Origin: a virus
Strand: one strand, 5' to 3'
Virus record (IMG/VR): IMGVR_UViG_3300018476_000018
Location: 1-43,716 of that record
Length of the DNA stretch: 43,716 nt
Part shown: one piece after another, positions 14,552 to 24,093 of the stretch
Layout of the letters: each line of letters starts with the position of its first letter
Numbering within the stretch: position 1 is the stretch's first letter
Translations under genes and position numbers: made by a program
The notes under the pieces: generated by a model
Seen by the model: only the letters and a program-made list of their open reading frames with translations
Database searches by the model: none
Told to the model about the DNA's origin: nothing

Positions 14552-15021
14552 CGCGCGACCCCCGCTACATCACGCACCATCTGAATGTCCCCGGTGGGTT
14601 CGGCGCCCCAAGCTCTTAGCCATCCGGGCCTGGCGACGCTGGCGATATGGCTGCAGCCGCATTGGCAGGCGTGCTCGTCGAGCGCTGCTTTCAATGGTTC
14701 GATCCAATCCTTCATACCCCCGCCGCCGCCTGATACTATCTCCAGCACCCGCCGGCGCGGGTAATCCTTGACCCAGGTGACAAAGGCCGCCGCAATTTCG
14801 CCGTCGACCTCACACAGCCAGATGCCCGCCTGTCCGGTAAGAGCCATACGCAACAGGTCAACGGGCTCGTAGCAGTCGTTTCTGACCGTCGCCTTGCGCA
14901 ACAGCGGGCCAACGACGTGCCATCGCTCCGCCAACTCCTCGATCGGCGGCAGGCGCACGATCACCCTGCCGGGGAGCGCTGCCGGCGCCGCCCCGGTTTC
15001 CCAAGTCGTCAGGAGGCTCAT
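14548..15021 (-). CDS. Hypothetical protein (157 aa), possibly a GNAT-like fold.
   Basis: ATGA-coupled on both sides. The pattern IWLCEVDGEIAAAFVTWVKDYPRRRVLEIV...GGGG...ACQCGCSHIASVARPGW is reminiscent of acetyltransferase-fold phage proteins. Weak call. Confidence 0.3.
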   Translation of the reverse strand: MSLLTTWETGAAPAALPGRVIVRLPPIEELAERWHVVGPLLRKATVRNDCYEPVDLLRMALTGQAGIWLCEVDGEIAAAFVTWVKDYPRRRVLEIVSGGGGGMKDWIEPLKAALDEHACQCGCSHIASVARPGWLRAWGAEPTGDIQMVRDVAGVAR

Positions 15022-15314
15022 ATCCCGATGACGACCCAGTCCGTCCCGTTAAACCAGCACAGCACCGGCGTGCTGCCGCCGCCGGCGACCGTGCCGGTCG
15101 TGACGGTCGAGTCGGTGACGAAGGCCAGCGTGCCGGCGACCGCGTCGGTCGGCAATGTGGCGGCGGTAAGCTGCGCCAGTTGCGGACGGTTGCACCAGAC
15201 ACCGAGTTGGTTAATCGCCGTCGCCATCGATTGCAGCCAGGCCCACCAGTTACCCTGCGACTCGTTGCGGGCGACGCTGATCGTGATGGCGGCGGCTTGC
15301 GAATTGGCGCTCAT
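15018..15314 (-). CDS. Small tail-associated protein (98 aa).
   Basis: ATG 15314 overlaps the upstream stop (ATGA). The C-terminal AGTLAFVTDSTVTTGTVAGGGSTPVLCWFNGTDWVVIG motif is common in small phage fibre-associated proteins. The ORF-track start at 15467 was rejected. Confidence 0.45.
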   Translation of the reverse strand: MSANSQAAAITISVARNESQGNWWAWLQSMATAINQLGVWCNRPQLAQLTAATLPTDAVAGTLAFVTDSTVTTGTVAGGGSTPVLCWFNGTDWVVIGI

Positions 15315-16915
15315 CGCAGCTTGCCTTCCGGGACGATGTCGACGTCGAGACCCTGTAACGCCTGGAATGCGACACCGCGCGCCATAGCAAACCGCAGGCG
15401 GACATAACGGCCGGTGGTGCGCTGCGGGCAGTCCCCGAGGATATTGACCGGGATCTGGGCCGACCACACGACAGGCTGCGACAGCCGCTCGCGCGCCCCG
15501 ACCTGGACGGTTGCGGGGTCGCCGTGGGCCTCGGTGTCGCCGCCGTCGATCAACGGGCGGGCGTTTGTCACCCAGGCGCGGCGGCCGGGGAAAGGTTGCG
15601 TCTCGGGCAAGTCAAGGACGGGCGCCATCGCCGGACCGACCCAGGTGTGGAGACGGTGGTCGGGCGCAAACGTGGTGAGCCGGCCGGCTGTGGTGCCGGC
15701 CCAGAAGGGGTCGTCGAACGGCGGCTGAACGGTGTCGAGATCGCCCAGGTGATCGATCGTGTCGATCGTGTAGTCGTTGTTGTTGAAGAGACCGCGGGTC
15801 AACCACTCGCTGTGCTGGGGGGCTAACCCCGGGTTCTCAAGCTCGCAGATCACGGCGCGCGCCAGGTCCCAATTGTAGACCAGCAGCCGATCGAACAAGC
15901 CGTCGGTCGAGGTTTCGGAGGCAAAGGCCCAGTAAACGAGGTTGCTCCCCGGGTCGGAGACGCCCTGGACATAGCCGATCCACTTACCGTTCAGCTCGCG
16001 GAAGAACTCACGGTCGAACTTGCCCGCGCCAAATGGTACCGCGACGGCGCCATCGAACGCCTGAAAGCCGCTCTCGGACAGGTACATCGCCACCTGGGCC
16101 GCGCTGCCTGCCGCGGTCCGCATCCGGCCCGGCACGATCGAGAGGGGCGACAGCGTCCCCGGAGCGCCGGCAATGACACGGAAGGAAAACAGGATCGGTG
16201 GGCCCACATAGTTGCCGCCCCAGAGCCCGTTTTCGCAGAAAATCGCGACATCGCTGGCGCCAAGAAACCCGGCTGCCATGCCGGTGATGGCGCCCAGATC
16301 CTGTTGCTGCAGGTCCTGGTAGTCGGACTGGAGCTGCAGCGCGGTCACGCTGCCTGGCGTCGGCCACTGATCGGGCTGGCCAAGCCCGGACCAGTGCACA
16401 CGCCATGGCACCGCGCCATCGACCGAACTGAAGATGTTAGCGGCGAAGACGAAGTCCTTTACGACAGTGACGTATTTTGCCTTTGGCGCATCAGGAGACA
16501 GATCGGCGAAATTGGTGCCGGTCAACAGCATGCTCTGGATCGGGTCGGTGTAATTGCTGGCGATGACGCGGTTGCCAAAAGCGGTCATCGACCAGAACCC
16601 GCCGGCGCCAGGGGATGGGGTGGTGTAGGCGCCGCCGGTGGTCCGGCTGACATCGGCGAAAGCGTTGTCGGCCGGCGGCATGCGGTAGAGCTTGGTCGCG
16701 TCGCCGGCGTAGACATAGGGCGCGCCGGTGGCGTCGCGGATGACGTAGCTACCCTGGCAGCGGTCATCCAGGGTGTTGGTCGAGTAGGGCTGCGGCGTCG
16801 GCATCGGGCCGTAGGAGCCCTTGGTCGCCGGCACGCAGTTTTTGATCACCGGGGCGCCGGCGCTAGCGAAATCTGGCTGATCGGGCAACCATTCAGGAAA
16901 CGGGACAATGGTCAT
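15311..16915 (-). CDS. Tail tubular/nozzle-like structural protein (534 aa).
   Basis: The N-terminus MTIVPFPEWLPDQPDF...IKNCVP...GSYGP is typical of podovirus tail-tube/nozzle proteins. Its position after the adaptor candidates supports this. Recognised by motif only. Confidence 0.45.
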   Translation of the reverse strand: MTIVPFPEWLPDQPDFASAGAPVIKNCVPATKGSYGPMPTPQPYSTNTLDDRCQGSYVIRDATGAPYVYAGDATKLYRMPPADNAFADVSRTTGGAYTTPSPGAGGFWSMTAFGNRVIASNYTDPIQSMLLTGTNFADLSPDAPKAKYVTVVKDFVFAANIFSSVDGAVPWRVHWSGLGQPDQWPTPGSVTALQLQSDYQDLQQQDLGAITGMAAGFLGASDVAIFCENGLWGGNYVGPPILFSFRVIAGAPGTLSPLSIVPGRMRTAAGSAAQVAMYLSESGFQAFDGAVAVPFGAGKFDREFFRELNGKWIGYVQGVSDPGSNLVYWAFASETSTDGLFDRLLVYNWDLARAVICELENPGLAPQHSEWLTRGLFNNNDYTIDTIDHLGDLDTVQPPFDDPFWAGTTAGRLTTFAPDHRLHTWVGPAMAPVLDLPETQPFPGRRAWVTNARPLIDGGDTEAHGDPATVQVGARERLSQPVVWSAQIPVNILGDCPQRTTGRYVRLRFAMARGVAFQALQGLDVDIVPEGKLR

Positions 16916-17358
16916 TTACTGTCACCGCCCATCAGATCACCTCCGGCTACCGGCGGCAGGAGCCCGTATTTGCGGAGGATCTCGGTCCAATTGTCATTTC
17001 GCGTATATTCATACGGGGATGCGGTTGGCATATAAGGCGCAGCGAATGCGCGCTCATCTCCGGGCCGGATTACCTCGTCTCCTGGCGGGATTGTCCGGCC
17101 CTGCCATCCGTAGATGCCGAGTTCGTTAGGATGCAGAAAAGTACCGCGGCCAGCAAACGGCCCGGCGGCTGAAGACAAACCACCAGGCTGTCCTGGCGCT
17201 AACCAGTGCTGGTCGCGGTTATCGCCACGCGGCAGCGTGGTGGGGGCGCCCCCTGGATCGTCCATGTAGTCGGCGCCTGCTCCGACCCGGCGCAGCATCG
17301 CCATCCCCGGCGCGTCACCACCCAGAAGCTGCTGCAGCCAATCGAACGGGTCGGCCAC
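16912..17358 (-). CDS. Hypothetical structural-module protein (148 aa).
   Basis: GTG start at 17358 shares one nt with the upstream TAG. ATGA-coupled downstream. Confidence 0.5.
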   Translation of the reverse strand: MADPFDWLQQLLGGDAPGMAMLRRVGAGADYMDDPGGAPTTLPRGDNRDQHWLAPGQPGGLSSAAGPFAGRGTFLHPNELGIYGWQGRTIPPGDEVIRPGDERAFAAPYMPTASPYEYTRNDNWTEILRKYGLLPPVAGGDLMGGDSK

Positions 17359-18017
17359 TACGGCGTTGCCATATCGACGCGCATCTGTAACGGACCGCCC
17401 CAGCGCGCTTTGATGTCAGCGCGTTCCAGGGCCGCGAACGCTGCCTCGCGGCGCTGCGCCCATAACGGCACGCGCTCGTCGTGGCCGATAAAGGCCGCCG
17501 CTTCCAGCAGGGTCCCGAACAGATACGCCGTGGGGCTGGCACGGAGCAGCCAGTTGCTCGGGTTCTCCGCCGATAGCGGCGGCAAGCTGCGCAGGTAGGT
17601 CACGCTGACCGTATAGCTGCTATCCGGCGGCGGGGTCAGGCGCATCTGGATACCGCCACCGCTACTGCAGGGGGGCGTGTCGGTGGCGCCGTAGATCGTG
17701 TAAAACTGCGGGATGCCGCCGGCGAGGACACCGCGCGCCGCCGCCGCCGGAGTCAGGAACTCGAGCGGGACCGCCAGGTCCAACAGCATCGCGTGGCGCA
17801 GTTCGGCGAAATCCTCCGGCATCGCCAGATCCGGGTAGCCGGGCGAGGTGTAGAGGATCTCCATACCCTCGCCGCCGATCGTGCGCAGCCGCGGGCGGGC
17901 CTCGGCCTCGAAAAGTGTCACCATGTCCGGGACGTGATCGACCAGCAGTCGATCGGCCGGTCGGGCCAGCCACTCCAGCACCGCGGTCTGCAAATTCGCG
18001 TAGCTATCAAGCGGCAT
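17358..18017 (-). CDS. Head-tail adaptor candidate (219 aa).
   Basis: The N-terminus MPLDSYANLQTAVLEWLARPADRLLVDHVPDMVTLFEAEA resembles phage adaptor/connector families. Located just downstream of the capsid gene. Confidence 0.4.
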   Translation of the reverse strand: MPLDSYANLQTAVLEWLARPADRLLVDHVPDMVTLFEAEARPRLRTIGGEGMEILYTSPGYPDLAMPEDFAELRHAMLLDLAVPLEFLTPAAAARGVLAGGIPQFYTIYGATDTPPCSSGGGIQMRLTPPPDSSYTVSVTYLRSLPPLSAENPSNWLLRASPTAYLFGTLLEAAAFIGHDERVPLWAQRREAAFAALERADIKARWGGPLQMRVDMATP

Positions 18018-18195
18018 CGGGATCTCGTCGGTTGAGGCGGGATGAGCGAAGCGCAGCGTAAGCCTGTTCTAGAGCCTCATCCGAGATGATGCACATCCTG
18101 TAGGTCGGAGGACGTCCGTCGGGAACCAACTCCACCTCTGTCACCAGCCGCTTCAGCGCGTTGTAGAGGCGGTGTTTGTTGGTGTCCGGCTTCAT
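18007..18195 (-). CDS. Hypothetical protein (62 aa).
   Basis: ATG 18195 overlaps the upstream stop (ATGA). Confidence 0.5.
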   Translation of the reverse strand: MKPDTNKHRLYNALKRLVTEVELVPDGRPPTYRMCIISDEALEQAYAALRSSRLNRRDPDAA

Positions 18196-18515
18196 AGCGT
18201 GAAGGTATTCGTTCTAAGAAATTTCCACTCGTTCGAGTTAAGGAGCTTCTTCACCGCCGGCCAGTGTTCCTTGCGCCAGCAGTTGATGCCGTAATCGTTG
18301 AGCCACATCAGCGCTACCTCGTTCGGGATGCTGGCGGCCAGGCGCATGTCTTTCGCCTCGTTCCAACAGTCGGCGTGGTTCTGCAATTCTTTGTTGCGGT
18401 CGATGATCGGCTGCACGTCGCAGATCCGGCGGATCGTGACGCGGCCATTATCGTTGTCGTAATCGAAGGTTTCGTAAGCCCCGTATTCGGGATCGACGTC
18501 GAACAGGATCGGCAT
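18192..18515 (-). CDS. Hypothetical protein (107 aa).
   Basis: ATG 18515 (MPILFDVDPEYGAY...) was chosen. The ORF-track extension to 18686 runs through the terminator hairpin and was rejected. Confidence 0.55.
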   Translation of the reverse strand: MPILFDVDPEYGAYETFDYDNDNGRVTIRRICDVQPIIDRNKELQNHADCWNEAKDMRLAASIPNEVALMWLNDYGINCWRKEHWPAVKKLLNSNEWKFLRTNTFTL

Positions 18516-18525
18516 GGCTTGTCCC

Positions 18526-18558
18526 AAAAGAAAAGGGCGGCCCGCGATGGACCGCCCT
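18526..18558 (-). terminator. Rho-independent terminator downstream of the major capsid gene.
   Basis: The minus-strand RNA reads AGGGCGGUCC-AUCGC-GGGCCGCCCU followed by UUUCUUUUGGG. That is a 10-bp GC-rich stem (one G-U pair), a 5-nt loop and a U-tract. Confidence 0.75.
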
Positions 18559-18741
18559 GTAGAATGGTGAACGCCGGCTAGGAATGGTCCCTGCCGGCGT
18601 TCGATGGAGAGAGCGATGCCTTCTAGGGCACACCGCCGACTCCTGAGCCTGACTATGGTGCTCTGGCCTTTCCGGGTCAAGATCACCCTAGTCTGGTAAC
18701 AGGGGGGCGTCCAGCCGTGTGCTGGGCGCTACCCCGTCGGA

Positions 18742-19698
18742 TCAAGGCGTGGTCAGATCGTAGCAGGCTCCGCTCGCGGCTTCATTTTTGCTGATCAACG
18801 TGCACTCTTGGATCAGCATACGCTTCTCGGCGTCGCCGGTTTTCGCGAGCGGCACCTGGCTGGTGGGCCGCAGCCAGGCGACAGCCCAGTAGTTCCAGTT
18901 CAAGATAAAAGCATCACGCGGCCGCTGCCAGCGGTTGCTGATGATGTTGATCGTGTGGAAGTCCCCGACATAGATGTCGACGGTTGCCGTGAGTTTCTTT
19001 GTAGCAACATCAACCGTCTTCTGCGCGCCGCCGGTGAACGATGATGCCACCGACTTGTTTGAGCCGCCGCACATCAACACATCCGGTTCCTCGGACGAAT
19101 TAGTCCAAATCTGCCGCAACACGTCCTTCAACATCACCTCGGTAAAAGCGCGCGGTGTGCCGTCCACTCTGACATTGCTGCCGTCGCCGACCGGGTTAGT
19201 ACCGACGTGATTGGTGTTGGTTTTAATCCAGGCGGGCACGCCGGCCATGGTCGGTGCGGTGGTCACGGCGCCGGTGACCTTTGCCTGGTTGTTCAACAAG
19301 ATCGACTCAGTATCGATCTTCAATTCCTTGCCGCGTTTGGTTAGCTGCAGCGCCAATTCGCTGTTGCGGCCGGCCTTGTTAACCTTGTCGACCGTACCCG
19401 AGATGATCACGGTTTTGCGCATGATCTGGGTGCGGTTGCCGAGCCTTGCCGTCACGCTCGCAGCCGAAAATGTGGCGACATCATCGCCCTGATACTGGGC
19501 GTTATTAACATCAGCGGCGGCCAGCGCGTCGGTCTGCCATTCGGTCAGCACCGCGTCACACGTCTCGCGGCCGATGTTGCTGAGGAACGGCGTCGTCTCC
19601 GGACTGATCATGTAGATCATGTTGGAGAGATCTTCGCGCAAACCTTGGAGTCCCGGCTGCCCCGTATAGGTAAGAGCGGTTCCTGGTACGATTGCCAT
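18742..19698 (-). CDS. Major capsid protein (318 aa, DUF5309-like HK97-fold family).
   Basis: Gene order is portal - scaffold - this gene. The N-terminal motif LREDLSNMIYMISPETTPFLSNIG...LTEWQTDAL matches that capsid family. A strong terminator follows. Confidence 0.8.
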   Translation of the reverse strand: MAIVPGTALTYTGQPGLQGLREDLSNMIYMISPETTPFLSNIGRETCDAVLTEWQTDALAAADVNNAQYQGDDVATFSAASVTARLGNRTQIMRKTVIISGTVDKVNKAGRNSELALQLTKRGKELKIDTESILLNNQAKVTGAVTTAPTMAGVPAWIKTNTNHVGTNPVGDGSNVRVDGTPRAFTEVMLKDVLRQIWTNSSEEPDVLMCGGSNKSVASSFTGGAQKTVDVATKKLTATVDIYVGDFHTINIISNRWQRPRDAFILNWNYWAVAWLRPTSQVPLAKTGDAEKRMLIQECTLISKNEAASGACYDLTTP

Positions 19699-19783
19699 GA
19701 TAAATAGGCTCCATCAGAGGGATGCCGGCGCTTCCCAGCGCTGGCGGGCGCCGCTGCCCAGGCGGCGTTTAGGGCGGTAGGGG

Positions 19784-20848
19784 TCAGAGAATTTCGAGCA
19801 GGTACGCGACGGCGTCCCGCTCGGAACCGCTGCGCTCCAGAGCTGCGAGGCGGTTGTTTCTGCGTTGGCTGGCTGAGGTGTCCGAGCGCGCCTTGGTCCC
19901 GGGCTGCTGCACCCGGGGAGCCGGCGCCTTTTGGCGCTCGGCGCCGTTGCGCGCCGCCGCCGCCCGATCCGCCCGCATGGCTTTTTCCGCCAGGAGGATT
20001 GCCCGGTGGTCGACGACCGCGGCCAGTTCCTGGGGGGTGAAACCCTGCGTTTGGAGGTAGTCGGTCAGCTCGCGGACGAACTTGGGGCCGCGCTCGGCGT
20101 CGGCGTAAACGGGCAGTTTCGCCGCCAGCAGTTGTGCCTGCTCTTGGCGGAATTGCCCGAATTGCTGTTCGCGTTCCGCGTTCGACTGATAGTCGATCCG
20201 CTGAATTTCACCTTGGATAGAGGCAATCCGACCGCGCAGCGCGTCGCGTTCCGCGGTGAGCCGGACGTAATCCGCCGGGTTCTCGGCCGCCAAGCGCTGC
20301 CAGTCGATTTGAGTGAATTTCTCCGCCTCGGGCGCCGCCACGAACAGCAGTTTCTCCAAGTTCTGCTTGTACTCACCTCTTTCAGTCAGCCGTGCCTCGG
20401 CGCTCGCTCGCCGCTCTTCGGCCATTTCCTGGCTGCGGGTCGAGATATAGCGATCACGCTCACCTTCCCGGCGGGCAACGATTGCTTGCACCTCTGGGGG
20501 AAGTTTAGCCCACGCTGTTTTCTCATCCGCTTTCCAACTTTGGGGTGGATCGATTGCCGGAGCGGGCTCCTCCTCGGGCTCGTCCGGGTCAATTCCCTCG
20601 TCGTCGTCTGCCTCGGGTGACGGGTCCTCTTCCTCTGTCGGAAGCGGGTCCGGCCCGGGATCTGACGCCTCAGCGGCGTCGGATGGGGTGTCGTCTCTGG
20701 GCTGCTCGGCCGGCTGCGCCCTGCGGCGGCGCGGCGCTTCGGCGTCGAGCAGTCCTTCGATACCTTTGGCGATGTCGGCATCGCTCGGCGCGATATTGGT
20801 GGGCAAGCCAACGGTATCACCGGCGCCAGAGGCGGGTGCGTCACTCAT
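19784..20848 (-). CDS. Scaffolding protein candidate (354 aa).
   Basis: Lies between portal and capsid. Strongly acidic Pro/Asp/Glu-rich N-terminus followed by long helical, charged coiled-coil sequence. Confidence 0.55.
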   Translation of the reverse strand: MSDAPASGAGDTVGLPTNIAPSDADIAKGIEGLLDAEAPRRRRAQPAEQPRDDTPSDAAEASDPGPDPLPTEEEDPSPEADDDEGIDPDEPEEEPAPAIDPPQSWKADEKTAWAKLPPEVQAIVARREGERDRYISTRSQEMAEERRASAEARLTERGEYKQNLEKLLFVAAPEAEKFTQIDWQRLAAENPADYVRLTAERDALRGRIASIQGEIQRIDYQSNAEREQQFGQFRQEQAQLLAAKLPVYADAERGPKFVRELTDYLQTQGFTPQELAAVVDHRAILLAEKAMRADRAAAARNGAERQKAPAPRVQQPGTKARSDTSASQRRNNRLAALERSGSERDAVAYLLEIL

Positions 20849-20902
20849 GCTTTACGTCCATCTCGTGGGATTGCCGGCGTCTCGCGACGCTGGCGGGGTT
20901 AT

Positions 20903-21214
20903 TTATTCCTGGCGCTCAGCGGCCTTGCCGTTGTCGACCATCTGCTGCAATTCGCTGCGCAGTTCTTCGATTGCGGCCTGTAGCCAGTACATCGTCTCAC
21001 GGGCAGTGGTATCGCCAACCTTGCTATGGCGCCAGACATCGGTGGCTCGCGCCTGCACCCGGCCGAGCGCCAGGGCGAAGACCGGGTCCTGGAGCAGGCG
21101 CTGCGCCGCCGCGCCAAGCTCGACCCGGTCAGTAGGTGGCGGATTAGGAGACGCTACCGCCCCGATCTCAGGGTGACCTCGCCGCCAAATCAGCCACTCG
21201 GTCCACCAGTTCAA
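20903..21214 (-). CDS. Hypothetical protein (103 aa).
   Basis: The only in-frame start is TTG at 21214, which overlaps the upstream stop (TTGA). This fits the coupling pattern of the operon. Confidence 0.45.
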   Translation of the reverse strand: MNWWTEWLIWRRGHPEIGAVASPNPPPTDRVELGAAAQRLLQDPVFALALGRVQARATDVWRHSKVGDTTARETMYWLQAAIEELRSELQQMVDNGKAAERQE

Positions 21215-21618
21215 AACGGCGCCCGATAACGCGCCATAAAGTTCGACAGCCCGCCTCCCCGCCCCATCGCGTACGAACTCGACAGATCGAGCGGCAGCCC
21301 AGATACGTTATATTGCAGTTGCACATTTGGCGGCTCACTGGGTCTCCCGGGCCGGGCTATCGAGTAACCGCCGCCCGGAATTCCGAGCCCGAACGGCATC
21401 TCGGAAGGCGGTAGTTGCGGACTCAACGGCCCGTAATTGGGCCTGCTCGGATACGCCCCGGGCAGATCGAACGGGCCTGGCGAAAATCCGCCACCGTTAC
21501 CCTCTGCCGGTTCCGCCAATGGCTGACGCTGCAAGTAATTGCCGCGGTCTTCCGGCCGATACAGCGGCTGACCTGCCAGCAATTGCTGCAATAAGGCTAG
21601 AGTGTCGGGGCCTGCCAT
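21211..21618 (-). CDS. Hypothetical Pro/Gly-rich protein (135 aa).
   Basis: ATG 21618, 3 nt after the portal stop. Confidence 0.5.
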   Translation of the reverse strand: MAGPDTLALLQQLLAGQPLYRPEDRGNYLQRQPLAEPAEGNGGGFSPGPFDLPGAYPSRPNYGPLSPQLPPSEMPFGLGIPGGGYSIARPGRPSEPPNVQLQYNVSGLPLDLSSSYAMGRGGGLSNFMARYRAPF

Positions 21619-21621
21619 CGA

Positions 21622-24087
21622 TCAAATCTCGCCGCCATTCGGCCGATCGACCGGCGCGTCGGGACCCGATGTGTAAACCCCAGCCTGATATTTCAGCCTG
21701 ACCTCAAGCGCCGATATCTGCGCCGCCTGCTCGGCCTTCATCCGCTCGATCGCCATCTCGTTATGCGCTTTTAGCTCGGCGACCTGCATGTCGTGCTGCG
21801 CCCGCTCGCGCTCGACGGCAAGCTGCGACTGGGAGCGGATCTGCTCCATCTGCATCTCGGTCTGGGCGTGCCGCGCCTCGATCTGAGCGTCGATCGCCGC
21901 CTTGGCCTGGGCGATCTGCATGTCAGTCTGCGCTTTGGCTTGGGCGGCCTGTATGTCCGCCTGGGCTTTGGCTTGCGCCGCAGCGGCTTGGGGATCGGGC
22001 TTCGGCGGCTGCGGCGGGCCCATCATCGCCGGGTTGGGCGGGCGTGTCGGGTCCTGGAAAAACGGCGTCTTGAAGCCCGCCTGCTGGGTCAGTTGCTCCA
22101 GCACATCGAAGATATTCTTGCCGTAGACCAACGGCCCCTGGAGCCCGCCCTGCTGCTGCACGATCCCGTTTTGGATCTGCAGGATGGTGTTGAGATGCGC
22201 CAGGATCTGGTCGCGGTTGCCGGTGCCGAGGCCGACAGAGACGGTCAGCGGCAGGTCCTCGACCCACTCGCTGGGGTCGACTTTAAGAAAGCCGCCAGTG
22301 ACCTTGATGATGCGCTCGTTCTGTTGGTGGCGCCTGACCAACCGGAAAACGTGCCCGAGCAGTTCCTGCAGGCCGACGGCGAAAATCCGGGCGAACAGCT
22401 CGACCCGCTGGGCGGCGTTGGCTTGCAGCATGGCGATGCCGCTGGCCGTGCTGTTGTTGAGTTGGTCGGCGCTGATCTGCTGGTTGCTTCGGGCAACGCC
22501 GGTCATCACCTCTTGGCTGCGGTCCAAGTATTCGACTAGGGGAAAAGTTTTATCCGCAGTATATGGCACAGTCAGTGGCGCAATACCGCCAATGCGGCGG
22601 GTTCTCACGACCTGGCCCGGACGTAAATTTAACAAATCATCATACGTATTTTCGTTAACTACGTCGTCGCCGACTTCAATTCTCGGCCAATTACTGAGAT
22701 ATCCGTTGTCGAGCATTTGCCGCAGCAAAGTGCTCTTTATTAGCTGAATGTCTTTCGTCAAATCGGCGAGGCTCAGCCCGACCAGTTTGTGCGGCTGTGG
22801 GATCGGGCACAACGCGACAAACGGGATCTCCGGGACGCACTCGCAGTCGGGTTCGCCGCCCTTGGTCAGGATCACATGGCCGCCGGCCGCCGTCATGACC
22901 TTGTAAAGCTCGGTGGTGCTGTCGTCGTCGCCGAGCGCCAGTTGGACGTAACACTCCTCGACCCACATCTCGCGGCCGGCGTCGCGGCGATCGCTGCTGC
23001 GGTAGTCGAGGTCCTCGGAGTGGCGAGCGACCCGCTCGGAATTGTGCTCGGCGCTGTCGTCCCACGGGATCAGATCCAGGCAATCGGTGTCGTAGCCGGC
23101 GTTGACCAGATCGCTGTAGGTGCGCCGGCAACGGTGCGCCAAGAACGGGATTTCGCCACGTTTACTGCGCCGGGAGAACAGCACCTCCTCGGGCGGCACG
23201 TTGGCGATGACGACACGCTCGCGCGGCTTGGTGACGCGCAGGGTGACGTCATAGAACGTCATCTGCTGCGGCACCGGCGGCGCCGGCATGACCCCGGCGG
23301 CGGGTATCATCGGCGGCGGCATCAAACCAGGCGGCGGGCCGGGCGGGCCCATCCCGGGAGGACCGGCGCCGTTCGGCATCATACCCGGCGGCGGACCCAT
23401 CGGACCCATCGGCCCCGGCATCGGCGGAGGGCCCATCGGCGGCATGCCGGGCGGCATCGGCGGAGGGCCCATTGGCCCCATCGGCGGGCCGCCAGGCGGC
23501 AATGGCAGATCCTCGGTGTAGCTGCTCTCTTTGACCAACTCGACGTCGTCCTGATCCAGGAGCGCGTCGTATGTATCGCGGCTGATGTGGGTGAAACTCT
23601 TTGAGATCGTCTCGCTGTCGGTGTCGAACCAGACTTTGACCCAGCCGAGCCGCTCAAGGAGCGCGTCCTTGAACAGGTCGTGCAGCACCATAAAGCCGGA
23701 ATTGTCCCGGTAGAAAATGTGGTTGATGTACTCGGTGGCGATTTCAGCCTGGTCTTCCTGCCCCGGCAGTCGCGGCTCGATTACGCAGATCCGGTCGCTG
23801 GCGGTAAAGATCCGCAGCAATGCCGGCAACACCCACTCGACGGCTTCCAGGACGCTCCGGTAGACGATCTGGCTGCGGCCCGGCACCTCGTTGCCGAATT
23901 TCTCGCCGTTATAGTATTTGATCGCCTCCAACCGCTCCGCGCTCAGCGTCCCGCCGTCCTGCCCGAGCGCGTCCTCCAGTTCCCGCGAGATGACCGCCTT
24001 GACCTCGTCCTCGTCGAGGTCCGGGCCGAGGTCCAGCCCCTGGAAGCTCTGCGAGCGCGCGATCGCGTCGGCGGAATTGCCGTACAT
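21622..24087 (-). CDS. Portal protein (821 aa) with a Pro/Met/Gly-rich insertion and a C-terminal coiled-coil barrel-like tail.
   Basis: Size and position directly after terL. The N-terminal ...LEAIKYYNGEKFGNEVPGRSQIVYRSVLEAVEWVLPALLRIF is portal-like. The C-terminal QAKAQADIQAAQAKAQTDMQIAQAKAAIDAQIEARHAQTEMQMEQ helix recalls P22-type portal barrels. Confidence 0.8.
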   Translation of the reverse strand: MYGNSADAIARSQSFQGLDLGPDLDEDEVKAVISRELEDALGQDGGTLSAERLEAIKYYNGEKFGNEVPGRSQIVYRSVLEAVEWVLPALLRIFTASDRICVIEPRLPGQEDQAEIATEYINHIFYRDNSGFMVLHDLFKDALLERLGWVKVWFDTDSETISKSFTHISRDTYDALLDQDDVELVKESSYTEDLPLPPGGPPMGPMGPPPMPPGMPPMGPPPMPGPMGPMGPPPGMMPNGAGPPGMGPPGPPPGLMPPPMIPAAGVMPAPPVPQQMTFYDVTLRVTKPRERVVIANVPPEEVLFSRRSKRGEIPFLAHRCRRTYSDLVNAGYDTDCLDLIPWDDSAEHNSERVARHSEDLDYRSSDRRDAGREMWVEECYVQLALGDDDSTTELYKVMTAAGGHVILTKGGEPDCECVPEIPFVALCPIPQPHKLVGLSLADLTKDIQLIKSTLLRQMLDNGYLSNWPRIEVGDDVVNENTYDDLLNLRPGQVVRTRRIGGIAPLTVPYTADKTFPLVEYLDRSQEVMTGVARSNQQISADQLNNSTASGIAMLQANAAQRVELFARIFAVGLQELLGHVFRLVRRHQQNERIIKVTGGFLKVDPSEWVEDLPLTVSVGLGTGNRDQILAHLNTILQIQNGIVQQQGGLQGPLVYGKNIFDVLEQLTQQAGFKTPFFQDPTRPPNPAMMGPPQPPKPDPQAAAAQAKAQADIQAAQAKAQTDMQIAQAKAAIDAQIEARHAQTEMQMEQIRSQSQLAVERERAQHDMQVAELKAHNEMAIERMKAEQAAQISALEVRLKYQAGVYTSGPDAPVDRPNGGEI

Positions 24088-24093
24088 GATGGC

